64,000 bases of DNA from a virus. The stretch is taken from positions 28,378-92,377 of IMG/VR virus record IMGVR_UViG_3300023192_003818, one strand, 5' to 3'. Below are positions 38,487-48,266 of this stretch, one piece after another. The position numbers and the translations under genes are program-made. Below the pieces are notes generated by a model. That model had not been told where the DNA came from, searched no databases, and saw only the letters and a program-made list of their open reading frames with translations. How positions within the stretch are numbered: the stretch's first letter is position 1; every line of letters begins with the position of its first letter.

Positions 38487-39419
38487 TTAATAAATAAGAG
38501 AATGATTTAAAAATTTTCCCCTATATTCATTAGCATTTATTAATTCATACTTTTCTCGGGGTTTCCAAGTGCTAAATAATTCATCAAAAGATTCAATAAT
38601 TCTTTCTCCTTGAATTTTTGATGTAAATCCTGCTTCTTTTGACATAGCCCATTCTCTTCCTTTTAATCCTATTCTTTTACGTTCCTTATTACTTAATTTA
38701 TAAATTTCTTTTAAAATTTCAGTAACATCTTCCCATTTACACCTATCATCAAAAATATAAGGGGTGGGGGGTGACCCTTGAATTGATCTACTAGTAGGAT
38801 ATACAGGGAAAGCCCATTCTCCATGTTGTTTATAAGTTCCTCTATGGTTTGATGGTATTTCTTTTGAAGGAGTATACCATTTACCTTTTTTATCTATAAA
38901 TCTCATTTGGTCTTGCATTCCCCCTGTAACATTTGCTATAAAAGGAGTTCCACTTAACATAGCTTCAGTAAGAGTTAATCCCCAACCTTCATTTGAAGTT
39001 ATTAGTATTTGAACATCTGTTAAATTATAGAGATAATTTAATTGTTTTTGAGGTATTTTGGTTAATGAAAATATTACATTTTCACTATATTCTTCTCCAA
39101 ATAAATATTCTCTTACTTTCTCTAAATCCGTCCCAGCATTCGTTATTAATTCAGTATGAAGAATTAAATAACAATGTTTTGATTTTTCTTTAGGCAATGA
39201 ATCTAAAAATACCCTAAAAGCCAACATTGTATCTGGAATCTGTTTTCTTCTAATATTACGGGAATTAAAAAATACAATAAATTCAGGGGTTTTATCTTTA
39301 AATATAGTTTTTTTAAATTCCATTAATCCTTTATCATTTTTATCTAAAGGTTTATATACCTCCTCTGAAAGCCCATGAGGTATATATTTAAGGAGTATTG
39401 GAGTTGTTCTGTTTTTCAT
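38487..39419 (-). CDS. GT-B (GT4-like) glycosyltransferase, C-terminal part
   Basis: IPHGL, FNSRNIRRKQ, SNEGWGLTLTEAMLSGTPFIANVTGG. Confidence 0.8.
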   Translation of the reverse strand: MKNRTTPILLKYIPHGLSEEVYKPLDKNDKGLMEFKKTIFKDKTPEFIVFFNSRNIRRKQIPDTMLAFRVFLDSLPKEKSKHCYLILHTELITNAGTDLEKVREYLFGEEYSENVIFSLTKIPQKQLNYLYNLTDVQILITSNEGWGLTLTEAMLSGTPFIANVTGGMQDQMRFIDKKGKWYTPSKEIPSNHRGTYKQHGEWAFPVYPTSRSIQGSPPTPYIFDDRCKWEDVTEILKEIYKLSNKERKRIGLKGREWAMSKEAGFTSKIQGERIIESFDELFSTWKPREKYELINANEYRGKFLNHSLIY

Positions 39420-39984
39420 TTTTTATCTAAATCAATAAAATCTACCCCTTGCATTTCCAAACATAGTTTGTGTATGTTATGGGTTTGTTTACTTATACCC
39501 ATTAATAAATCACAAGATTCATAGTAGGCCCCGTTAAAGGCAGGGGAAGGTCCATTATCCCAAACTGAGAGGTAAGTAATAGGTATTTTCTTTCTAATCT
39601 CATGTTCCATATTAAATATCCAACCAAAATATCTAGGATCTGTTACTAGCATAATCGCATTAGGTTTCTCTATATTAATTAATTGTCTTAATATTTGGGG
39701 GTTTCCATAACCCTCTACAGGATATTGGATAACTGAAGAATCAGTAAGACCTGTTTCTTTATTTACATCTTGACTTAAATCTAATCTTTTATTTTTTTGA
39801 GGATGATTTATGGCTCCAGCCAAATTTACCCAGTTAAAATGTTGAGCCGTATGTAAAATTATTTCTTTTGCAACTGTTGCTACTCCTGACTTTACTCTAA
39901 TTAAATATCGTCACAAATGAGCAATATCTTTTTTCGATATTTTTGCTCAATGTGACGAAACTTTGATTTTTGAATATTAGGCAT
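39416..39984 (-). pseudogene. GT-B glycosyltransferase N-terminal part, interrupted by a 5-nt insertion (39899..39903)
   Basis: ATG at 39984 reads MPNIQ...KKILLICDDI* ; removing TAATT gives ...CDDIRVKSGVATVAKE...WVNLAGAINHP, joining track ORF 39416..39823. Confidence 0.75.
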
Positions 39985-40024
39985 ATTTACTTATTATCTA
40001 TTTAATTTTAATTTTTTTATTATT

Positions 40025-40216
40025 CTACTCATCTTTATAATCAATGTTTGTTTGATTCATTATCCTTTTTCGAAATTCTTCATCGGTTAAAAACAAATAA
40101 ATTGCCCTATCAGATAGCTTCTGAAAAGAGAATTTCATTCTTACACATTCAATTTTAAAAGGGTCCCATAGATTTATATCTATTTTTACACTTGTTAATT
40201 TTTTTTCATTTACCAT
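40025..40216 (-). CDS. Small RHH-like DNA-binding protein
   Basis: KLTSVKID..LW..FK..C......FQKL; ATATTTATA motif upstream. Confidence 0.55.
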   Translation of the reverse strand: MVNEKKLTSVKIDINLWDPFKIECVRMKFSFQKLSDRAIYLFLTDEEFRKRIMNQTNIDYKDE

Positions 40217-40269
40217 AATTTATATTTTATATCTTTATATACTTATAAATATTATTAAAACATAAAAAT

Positions 40270-41244
40270 CTATGCGATTTTTAATAACTTTAATAACTTA
40301 GGATTTTTAGGACAATTAACTTCATCAAATTTCCAAGGACAAAATCTACAACTCCATTCTGATATATTCTTTTTATAATGTTGTTCAATAATTTTACCAT
40401 TTGGTTCAAAACATCTTTTAATAAAATCATTTACTATTTTTAATGAAAAATTAATACTTGTTTTTCCAGAAGGAGGAACAAATATTTGTATCCTCTTTTG
40501 AACAAAGTCACAATTTTCATATAATTTTCTTTTAACTATAAAAAATTCTATTTCTATATTTTCAATTGGAAAATCATATAATTTAGAAAAAAAATACTTA
40601 TATAAAATTAATTGGCTTCTTACCCCTTTATCATTTTTTTTCTTTTTATTCCAAGTAGTTTTTGATGTCTTTATGTCGATTATCTTAATGGTATTTGTAG
40701 GTTCATGGTACATAACAATATCAAGATACCCCACAAATACCACGTTAGAATACGTTTTAATCGGCGTAATTTGTATTGGCATTTCACAACCTATTAAATA
40801 CCAACCTTTTTTATTAAAATAAACACCTTTCTTTTTTTTAAAATATTTTAATATTTCAACTCCATCATCATATGCTTCTCTTAATTCTTCTGGGGTTGAA
40901 AAATGACCTTTATTTTTTTTATATCCTGTTTGGTATTCTCTTAAAAGTATTTCTTTAAAATAATAATCTAATTCAATTTTATCAGCTTCTACACCAGTTG
41001 TTTCATACATTGTATTTAAATAATGTTGAACAGTTTTATGTATAGCTGTTCCGAATATTGAATGAATATTGGAAATAAAAGGTTTATTTCTATCTTTGTA
41101 TCTTAATGCCCACTGTTTATTACAGTTTTGGAACATATTAATTTGAGATATAGAAATTACTTTTTGGTAAGTAAAATCTATAGGAGGTGGTGGGTTATTC
41201 CTTATAAATTTAACTATATTTGGTATTTTTTTCTTTTTAGGCAA
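40270..41244 (-). CDS. PD-(D/E)XK nuclease (RecB/Cas4-like)
   Basis: S.SQ...FQNC, FGTAIH, GCEM, GYLDIV, IIDIKTS, SQL..Y, C-terminal CRFCPW..C. Confidence 0.85.
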   Translation of the reverse strand: MPKKKKIPNIVKFIRNNPPPPIDFTYQKVISISQINMFQNCNKQWALRYKDRNKPFISNIHSIFGTAIHKTVQHYLNTMYETTGVEADKIELDYYFKEILLREYQTGYKKNKGHFSTPEELREAYDDGVEILKYFKKKKGVYFNKKGWYLIGCEMPIQITPIKTYSNVVFVGYLDIVMYHEPTNTIKIIDIKTSKTTWNKKKKNDKGVRSQLILYKYFFSKLYDFPIENIEIEFFIVKRKLYENCDFVQKRIQIFVPPSGKTSINFSLKIVNDFIKRCFEPNGKIIEQHYKKNISEWSCRFCPWKFDEVNCPKNPKLLKLLKIA

Positions 41245-41339
41245 ATTTATAACATTTTACTTAGCTTATTTCTATTCCCAATTTCATCTTTATAGTTAAA
41301 ACTTTCCGCTACGATAAATATAATAAAGATTTAATGATT

Positions 41340-41846
41340 TTATACCTTCCACTTTTCTCTTTTAACAAGTAAAGATATTATTCCATAAATAGAAATATCA
41401 AGAAAATTATCCTCAATACTTTCATTAATCTCTTCTTTTTTATTACTTATTAAATTTAATAACCTTTGAACTTTATCATTTAACCTTATTACTAACCCAA
41501 ATAATGAATTATATTTTTCTTTTTCTGTTGATAAATTAGTCCCTAATGTTATGTTATTAGGACCATAATTTAATTGTTTTTCTGCAAATAATTCATATTG
41601 TTCTTTTTGAATTTTTAGAAATTGTTTAGATAATTCAGGGTATTTAGCTTCAAAGGTTTGAGTTTTCAACCTTTCCTCTATAGAAGAGGGTTTTTCTTTA
41701 TCGTGTATAAACTTAGGATTATTACCTTTTTCTATTAAATCCTCATATTTGTCTTGTGAATTCATATATTTTATTGTTTTGTAAAAATTATCTACCAAAA
41801 ATCTATTATTAATGGAACTTGGATGTTCAAATTCATCAAATTTCAT
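41340..41846 (-). CDS. DUF1599 / nucleotide-modification-associated domain 1 protein
   Basis: LFAEKQLNYG, IRLNDKVQRL, ESIEDNFLDISIYGII. Confidence 0.75.
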   Translation of the reverse strand: MKFDEFEHPSSINNRFLVDNFYKTIKYMNSQDKYEDLIEKGNNPKFIHDKEKPSSIEERLKTQTFEAKYPELSKQFLKIQKEQYELFAEKQLNYGPNNITLGTNLSTEKEKYNSLFGLVIRLNDKVQRLLNLISNKKEEINESIEDNFLDISIYGIISLLVKREKWKV

Positions 41847-42289
41847 TTCATTAATTGTGTTATTTCTTTTTTTTCTAATCCAAACCCCATTAAATATCCT
41901 TTTATTTCATCTTTATGTATAAGCTCTAAATACTCATCAGCTTCTTTTGATGATATTTCCCATAAATCTGTAAAATATTTTATTAAATCTTTATTGCGTT
42001 TTTTAGTATTGGATTTAATGTATTTATTCCATTTATTATTTATTGGTATAAATTCTCTATATATTGTATATATTTCCTTTTTGTTTTGAGGTAATATTTT
42101 TTGAACATGATTAACAATTTCTATATAGTCAAGATTCATACTTAAAATACGGTGGATTGAATATGAATTAAAATTTTTATCCCAATCTTCCTGTGTAAAA
42201 GAATTAGGTTCTGATTTAATGTAATTAATTTGTTTCAACCAATCCCATAAAGAATTGGTTTTATTTTTCAAAATTCCCTTTTCCTTCAT
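41843..42289 (-). CDS. Clamp loader small subunit (T4 gp62-like)
   Basis: LWDWLKQI, FNSYSIHRILS...IV; downstream of the clamp loader large subunit. Confidence 0.65.
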   Translation of the reverse strand: MKEKGILKNKTNSLWDWLKQINYIKSEPNSFTQEDWDKNFNSYSIHRILSMNLDYIEIVNHVQKILPQNKKEIYTIYREFIPINNKWNKYIKSNTKKRNKDLIKYFTDLWEISSKEADEYLELIHKDEIKGYLMGFGLEKKEITQLMK

Positions 42290-42298
42290 ATGTAAACA

Positions 42299-42541
42299 TT
42301 ATATTAATTCATCTTTAAGTTCCCCCCTTAATTCAGGAATTAAAGTATCTTTCAATATTTTAAATGTTTTGGGGTCATAAAATACTGGTACTGGTACATA
42401 AGCATCCTCTGAAGTTCCAGCAACAAATTTTGATATTTTTCTTAATACAAACCCTTGTGTAAATAAATTCTTACCGGATGAATTTAATACTTTAATTGTG
42501 TTTTTTAAATCTATTTGTTGTTGTGTTTTGGGGTTATCCAT
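42299..42541 (-). CDS. Hypothetical protein
   Basis: 80 aa ORF within the replication operon. Confidence 0.65.
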   Translation of the reverse strand: MDNPKTQQQIDLKNTIKVLNSSGKNLFTQGFVLRKISKFVAGTSEDAYVPVPVFYDPKTFKILKDTLIPELRGELKDELI

Positions 42542-42547
42542 TTTTTA

Positions 42548-43483
42548 TTATTTATTATTTATTATATTTTGTAAACAACTTATAAGGTTTATTTCTTTAT
42601 CAATTCTAAATTGAGATTGATATAAATGTTCGTTTATTAAAATTGCCACTGTTCCTTCTTGACCTGGTAAATATTCTGTTGCTTTATCAAATAAAAATCT
42701 ATAAAACATTTCAAAATCTATTACATTAGAATCTGCAATAATTTGCCTAATTTTCATTAAGTGAGGTTTTTTTAATTGTAATTCTTTTAAAACCTCAAAC
42801 ATATAATTTTGTGAAATAAATATTGAAGGATCTAATTCCATTTTTCCATCAATAATACTTGATTGAATAGTATTAATCATTTTCCTCATATCAGGATAAT
42901 ATTGATTAACTATTTTATTAAAGTCTGATATTTTATATTTTATTCCTTCATCTTGACATATATTAAACAAACGTCTTCCTACTTCCACTTTACTTGGAGG
43001 GATTAACTTTAATGTTTGACATCTCGATTGAATGGGGTCTATAATTTTTTCAATATAATTACAAGTTAATATAAACCTTGTACTACGTGAAAATTCCTCA
43101 ATTAAATTTCTTAATGACGCTTGTGCCATTATTGTTAAAAAATCTGCTTCATCCAAAATAACTACTTTTAAAGGATGAAAGGATGCCATACTTGCAAAAC
43201 TCTTTACCTTATCTCTAATAGTTTCAATACCTCTTTCATCTGAAGCATTTATATAAATAGAATCACAATTCAAAGTATTAACTATAATTTTTGCTAAAGT
43301 AGTTTTACCGGTACCTGAGGGACCATAAAATAAATAATTTTGAATATCATTTTGGTTTAACTGTTTTTGGATAGATGATTTAAGAGTCTCATTGCCTACA
43401 AAATTTTCTAAATCTAAAGGCCTATATAATTCATTTAATATAGTTTGTTCTGTTTGAGAACTATTTTTCTCCAATATTTTCAT
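42548..43483 (-). CDS. Clamp loader large subunit (T4 gp44/RFC-like AAA+)
   Basis: [34 protein letters not shown]. Confidence 0.92.
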   Translation of the reverse strand: MKILEKNSSQTEQTILNELYRPLDLENFVGNETLKSSIQKQLNQNDIQNYLFYGPSGTGKTTLAKIIVNTLNCDSIYINASDERGIETIRDKVKSFASMASFHPLKVVILDEADFLTIMAQASLRNLIEEFSRSTRFILTCNYIEKIIDPIQSRCQTLKLIPPSKVEVGRRLFNICQDEGIKYKISDFNKIVNQYYPDMRKMINTIQSSIIDGKMELDPSIFISQNYMFEVLKELQLKKPHLMKIRQIIADSNVIDFEMFYRFLFDKATEYLPGQEGTVAILINEHLYQSQFRIDKEINLISCLQNIINNK

Positions 43484-43491
43484 AAACTTTA

Positions 43492-43803
43492 TTACTTTTC
43501 CCCTATATCTCCATAGATTGAATATTTTTTAGGGATTTTCATTTCAATAATTTCACTTTCAAGTTTTGATGTATAACCTTCCATATCAATATCTTCAACC
43601 ATAACAAAAATTTTACCTTTTGAAGGGCTTACTTTAAAGTCTCCTTTATATTTGTATATTTTATAAAATGCTTCTAAAACATCAGTTAATGAAGAGTATA
43701 CCTCTTTATGTTCTGATACTTTGGTTCCTTCGATAACTTCAATCTTCCATTTATCACCAGGAGGTATTCTTACTGCTATTTGTTTTTCTTTATAAGTTGC
43801 CAT
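43492..43803 (-). CDS. Hypothetical protein
   Basis: 103 aa ORF. Confidence 0.6.
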   Translation of the reverse strand: MATYKEKQIAVRIPPGDKWKIEVIEGTKVSEHKEVYSSLTDVLEAFYKIYKYKGDFKVSPSKGKIFVMVEDIDMEGYTSKLESEIIEMKIPKKYSIYGDIGEK

Positions 43804-45401
43804 TATATCATTCCCATCATAGAGTTTATACCTTCTGATGATTCTTTATTTACAATTGAACATTCAGTTAATAATATTATTCCTGCAACAGATGAAGCAT
43901 TTTCAATAGCTGTTCTACAAACTTTTGTAGGGTCTATAATTCCTTCATCTAACATATTTACATATTTTTTAGTTTTAAGGTTATAACCTTCCCATACATC
44001 ATTTTTTTCAAATACTGTTGAACATATAATTTGTGCTTCTGTTTTACTATATCCAGCATTTTTTAATATTTGAATAAAAGGTTGAGCACAAGCTTTAAAT
44101 ACAATTTCCCCACCTATTGTTGAAATATCTATATTTTTACGAGCTTGTAATAATGCTACACCACCTCCAGGAATTATTCCTTCTTGTATTGCTGATCTTG
44201 TTGCATTAACAGCATCATCAATTCTATCTTTTTTCTCTCCTATTTCAGTTTCAGTTCTTCCACCTACATGAATTATTACCACACCTCCAGCAAAATGTGC
44301 TAATCTTTCTTGTAATTTTTCAGTTTCAAAAGGAGTTTTTGAACTATCAACTTGAACTTTTAAATCTGATATTCTCTTTTCTATATCTTTAACATTCCCC
44401 TTACCATCAACAATTGTAGTTTGATCTTTACTTACATTAATACTCCTAGCTTCTCCAAACCAATCCCTATCAAATTCTTCAAAAGTCATTCCTTTTTCTT
44501 TACTAAAAACTTTACCACCAGTTAATATTGCTATATCCTCAAGTATTAATTTTCTTCTTTCTCCAAAATCTGGGGATTTTACAGCACATACTTTTAATGT
44601 TCCCCTTATTTTATTCACAATACAAGTAGCTAATGCTTCTCCTGTAATATCCTCTGCTATTATTAATAATGAAGTCTCTTGTTGTGATACTTCTTCAAAT
44701 AAAGGTACTAAATCTTTAACATTATTAAGTTTACCATCTACTATTAAAATTTTAGGGTTTTTCAAAATAGAAATCATTTTTTCTTCATTGGTTACAAAAT
44801 GGTGAGATTGATATCCTCTATCAAACTGTATTCCTTCTACTGTTTCTAAACTATCTTCGTTACCTGATGTTTCTTCAACATGAATAATTCCTTCACTTCC
44901 TACTTTATCAATAGCAGTAAATATTAATTTACCCGCTTTTGTGTCATTATTTGAAGCGATTATAGCAATTTGTTCTACTTGAGATTCTTCTGAAATATCT
45001 TGGGAAATTATTGACAATTGTTCAACTACATTTTCCACTGCTTTATTAATATCTCTCTTAATTTGAACAGCATTTTCATTTTTATCTAAACTTGCTAACC
45101 CCCTTTTAACCATTTCACTTGCTAATAAAGTTGCAGTAGTTGTACCATCTCCAGCAATGTCTGAAGTTTTGATTGCTGCTTGTTTTATAAGTTGTGCTCC
45201 TAAGTTTACTGTCGGATTTTTAAATTCTATTTCTTTTGCTACTGTTACACCATCTTTAGTACTTTTAATAATTCCCCCTGTTGAAATGATAACATTTCTA
45301 CCATTAGGTCCCAAAGTTGCAACTACGGATTTTGAAAGTTTTCTAACACCTTTCATAATAAGTTTTCTAGAATTACTTCCAAATTTTATTTCTTTACTCA
45401 T
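43803..45401 (-). CDS. groEL: Chaperonin GroEL
   Basis: TLGPNGRNV, TKDGVTVA, AGDGTTTAT, EGIQFDRGY, GIIPGGG, IIDPTKV. Confidence 0.97.
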   Translation of the reverse strand: MSKEIKFGSNSRKLIMKGVRKLSKSVVATLGPNGRNVIISTGGIIKSTKDGVTVAKEIEFKNPTVNLGAQLIKQAAIKTSDIAGDGTTTATLLASEMVKRGLASLDKNENAVQIKRDINKAVENVVEQLSIISQDISEESQVEQIAIIASNNDTKAGKLIFTAIDKVGSEGIIHVEETSGNEDSLETVEGIQFDRGYQSHHFVTNEEKMISILKNPKILIVDGKLNNVKDLVPLFEEVSQQETSLLIIAEDITGEALATCIVNKIRGTLKVCAVKSPDFGERRKLILEDIAILTGGKVFSKEKGMTFEEFDRDWFGEARSINVSKDQTTIVDGKGNVKDIEKRISDLKVQVDSSKTPFETEKLQERLAHFAGGVVIIHVGGRTETEIGEKKDRIDDAVNATRSAIQEGIIPGGGVALLQARKNIDISTIGGEIVFKACAQPFIQILKNAGYSKTEAQIICSTVFEKNDVWEGYNLKTKKYVNMLDEGIIDPTKVCRTAIENASSVAGIILLTECSIVNKESSEGINSMMGMI

Positions 45402-45407
45402 AATTTT

Positions 45408-45701
45408 TTATAATTTTGCTAATATTTCGTTTTCTTTTCCTATATAATATTCTACATCATCATGTTTAAATCTTGTAAAACCCATTGTAGGTAATATCAC
45501 TTTCATCCCAACTTTAAGAGTAGTTTTAATAAAAGTTCCCATTATAGTATAATGGCCAGGACCTACAGATACTATTATCCCAGTTTCATTAAGTTTTTTA
45601 TCAATATCAGGAACAATAATATTTCCTTGTGGTTCAGTAAATTTTGTAGGCTTTACTATAACTGCATTAAATAATGCTTTAACTTTATATTTTACTCCCA
45701 T
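45408..45701 (-). CDS. groES: Co-chaperonin GroES
   Basis: KALFNAVIVKP, GIIVSVGPG, LKVGMKVI, ENEILAK; adjacent to groEL. Confidence 0.92.
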   Translation of the reverse strand: MGVKYKVKALFNAVIVKPTKFTEPQGNIIVPDIDKKLNETGIIVSVGPGHYTIMGTFIKTTLKVGMKVILPTMGFTRFKHDDVEYYIGKENEILAKL

Positions 45702-46050
45702 TTATATATTCTTTTATTTCTGTTTCTATTCTTAATAATCTATTAATTAATTCTTCTAATGATTTTGTATCTCCTTCAGTGAAAATTTTTTCATTTATAA
45801 TTTTAAGTAAGGCTTGTTTTAAATTAGGATAATAGCCCTGTGCTTTACAATATTCAGTTCCTCCTCTTTTGGAACGAAAATGGTCACCGTTAGGTATTAT
45901 TCTTTCATTTACTGTAAAACAATAATCATCTTTAATTATAAAATAAGGTTCTAATAAAGGATCAGTAATGGTTTTAATTGAATTATTTCTTGGCATATAA
46001 CTTGTTTGTGTGTGTGACATTAATATACGAATAATATTGGGATAAGACAA
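45685..46050 (-). CDS. Hypothetical protein
   Basis: 121 aa ORF upstream of groES. Confidence 0.6.
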   Translation of the reverse strand: MSYPNIIRILMSHTQTSYMPRNNSIKTITDPLLEPYFIIKDDYCFTVNERIIPNGDHFRSKRGGTEYCKAQGYYPNLKQALLKIINEKIFTEGDTKSLEELINRLLRIETEIKEYINGSKI

Positions 46051-46116
46051 ATCATTTTATACAATTTTATTATATTTTGTACATTTTTTTCCAAAATAAA
46101 AAAACTACTGCCTTTC

Positions 46117-46181
46117 AGGGTCAAGGGTTCTTACTAAGCAATAGTTTTATAATATGTTTTTTATTAGTAGCCCTTGACCCT
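46117..46181. other. Long intergenic inverted repeat
   Basis: AGGGTCAAGGG (46117..46127) pairs with CCCTTGACCCT (46171..46181), extended by TACTAA/TTAGTA. Confidence 0.75.
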
Positions 46182-46214
46182 ACTATCTTATTATGCATAT
46201 TAAAAAATTTTAAG

Positions 46215-46925
46215 TTATTCACATCTCACCAAATAATATTCTGATTCCATATTCTCATTACTAAAATTTAATTTCATAATACCTAAACTAGATATTTGAA
46301 TTAAGGCCTTATCTGCATCTTTATTTGCTGATAGAATTTCTTTAAATAAATCAGAATTGAATGGTAACTCTAAATTTTTATCTAATATTTCTCCTTCTAT
46401 TTGGTAAGTAACTTTATTAGAATAATTGTCATTAGCTCCAAAAGTAAATATACATAAATTATCTTGTGCCTTAACAATAAAATTATCTTGGTCTAATAAT
46501 GCATTTTTACCCTTAATTAGGTTATTAATATCACTTTCTTCTAAATTTAGGATTATATCATAACCTTCTTTAGGGTCTTTATAATAAGAAGTTGTACCCA
46601 AAACCAATACATCTGCTAATGAATATATTAAATCAAAATTGGCATCAGATATCTTTAATTTACTATAAATATTATGTTTTTTTATAGGGTCAAATAATAA
46701 GTCCCCCATAGTAATATTAATTAATTTTGATAATTTTTCAGTATCATAAATGCCAAGATCTGCATCTTCAAATGGAAAGTTATATAAATGAATTTTGCAT
46801 ACTTTCCCTTTACCCCCTGCATAGACTGTTAAAGTATTATCTTTAATTCTCCATTTTGTCTTTTCATTTAATCCCCCTAAATAATATTTAGATATAAAAG
46901 ATAATATTACATTTTTATTTACCAT
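46215..46925 (-). CDS. Sliding clamp (T4 gp45-like)
   Basis: 236 aa with clamp-like repeats (LGIYD..KL..L; F...FKEIL; G...L.F...Y...); directly after PolB. Confidence 0.75.
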   Translation of the reverse strand: MVNKNVILSFISKYYLGGLNEKTKWRIKDNTLTVYAGGKGKVCKIHLYNFPFEDADLGIYDTEKLSKLINITMGDLLFDPIKKHNIYSKLKISDANFDLIYSLADVLVLGTTSYYKDPKEGYDIILNLEESDINNLIKGKNALLDQDNFIVKAQDNLCIFTFGANDNYSNKVTYQIEGEILDKNLELPFNSDLFKEILSANKDADKALIQISSLGIMKLNFSNENMESEYYLVRCE

Positions 46926-46933
46926 AACTTATT

Positions 46934-47876
46934 TTATATTTCATAGATTTCAAAAACATCTATATGAGGGTTTAAGTTAAATTCCCACCCTATATCTTCC
47001 ATGAATCCTTCTAATTTATTTAATAATATACTCTCAAATACTTTTTTTCTATTAGCATATTTTTCAATAAAATCATTAATTTTATCAGGAATTTTATTAG
47101 ATATATAGGCTATTGATTCTACTTTGTAAGGATTATCATTTAAATAAATCCATTTAATCTTATCTGATGATGTAATATACGAATTTTGTTTATCTAATCC
47201 CCAAAATTTTAATAAATCATTGTATCTTATTGCTGCTTTAACGGAAGCTGATGCTTTTTTCTCAATATTAGTAAATATTTCTCCTGCTCTAGGTTTTCTG
47301 CCAGTATATTTTTTGAGTGTTTTAACTGATGTTGGGTTACCTAATTGTGTTAAAGGAATTTCACCCTTTATTATAGATTTTTTAAATACTTTAATTTGAC
47401 TTATAATCACTTCTTTTTCAACTCCTTTTAATACTTGTTTTAATATTTTTTCAAAAAATTTACCAAATACTGGGGGAAAATTAGATTTTTTAAATTCTAA
47501 TCCTTTAATGTCAACAAAATCTTTTTTAATAATACCATCTTGTTTAGTAATCCATTGAGCATATCTTCTAGTTTTTCTAAAATAAGCCGAACGGATAACA
47601 CATTCAGTTTTCATTTCTAATTTATGTGAATCAAGATTAAAACATTCTTTTGCTAATCTATCATAATCTTTAGTTATAATATCTTGGTATTGTAAAGCAA
47701 CATTTTCTAATACTTCATCTTTTTTTTTCTCACTAAAATTATCAAAATCTTTATATAAAAACTTTAATAAGGGTTCAGCATGAATATAGACTGAGTCGGT
47801 ATCACTAACAATAGGCAACGAAATTTTCGTCGCCTACTTTACATATAAATTCAGGAGTATCTTCCAGGTGTTTCAT
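46934..47876 (-). CDS. polB: Family B DNA polymerase, C-terminal subunit; motif C interrupted by a 4-nt insertion
   Basis: ATG at 47876 reads MKHLEDTPEFICKVGDENFVAYC*; DTDS, KxE, RRYA and KGLE follow in the +1 frame (track ORF 46934..47818, TTG start). Confidence 0.85.
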
Positions 47877-48261
47877 AAATTATTTTATTACTTTTATTTC
47901 TATTTCCAATATATCCAACTTCGTCTGTATTCTTTTTATCTTCTAATTTAGATTTATCCCAACCTCTTAATTCATAGTATTTTTCTTTAGGTTCACCAGT
48001 CCACCCATTTATTCCTTTCTTTGGCAAATAAAACAGGTGAATATAAATAGCAGGAAATCCGGATATTACCATTAATATCATGGCTATAGTTCGGTTAAAC
48101 AAAGCTGAAGCTCCAACTATAATAACTAAAATCAATATAAATTTACCAATTTTTCTAATTTTAGGTGTGTGCTCTTCAAAGTGTCCAAATAGTATGTTTC
48201 CTATTGAATAAATGATACTTACAATAGCAATTTCAAACCAAAACGATTCAATTGACCACAT
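47851..48261 (-). CDS. Membrane protein, bacterial-like
   Basis: Three TM helices; GHFEE.TP...; GINGWTGEPKEKYY. Confidence 0.65.
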   Translation of the reverse strand: MWSIESFWFEIAIVSIIYSIGNILFGHFEEHTPKIRKIGKFILILVIIVGASALFNRTIAMILMVISGFPAIYIHLFYLPKKGINGWTGEPKEKYYELRGWDKSKLEDKKNTDEVGYIGNRNKSNKIIYETPGRYS

Positions 48262-48266
48262 TTTTT

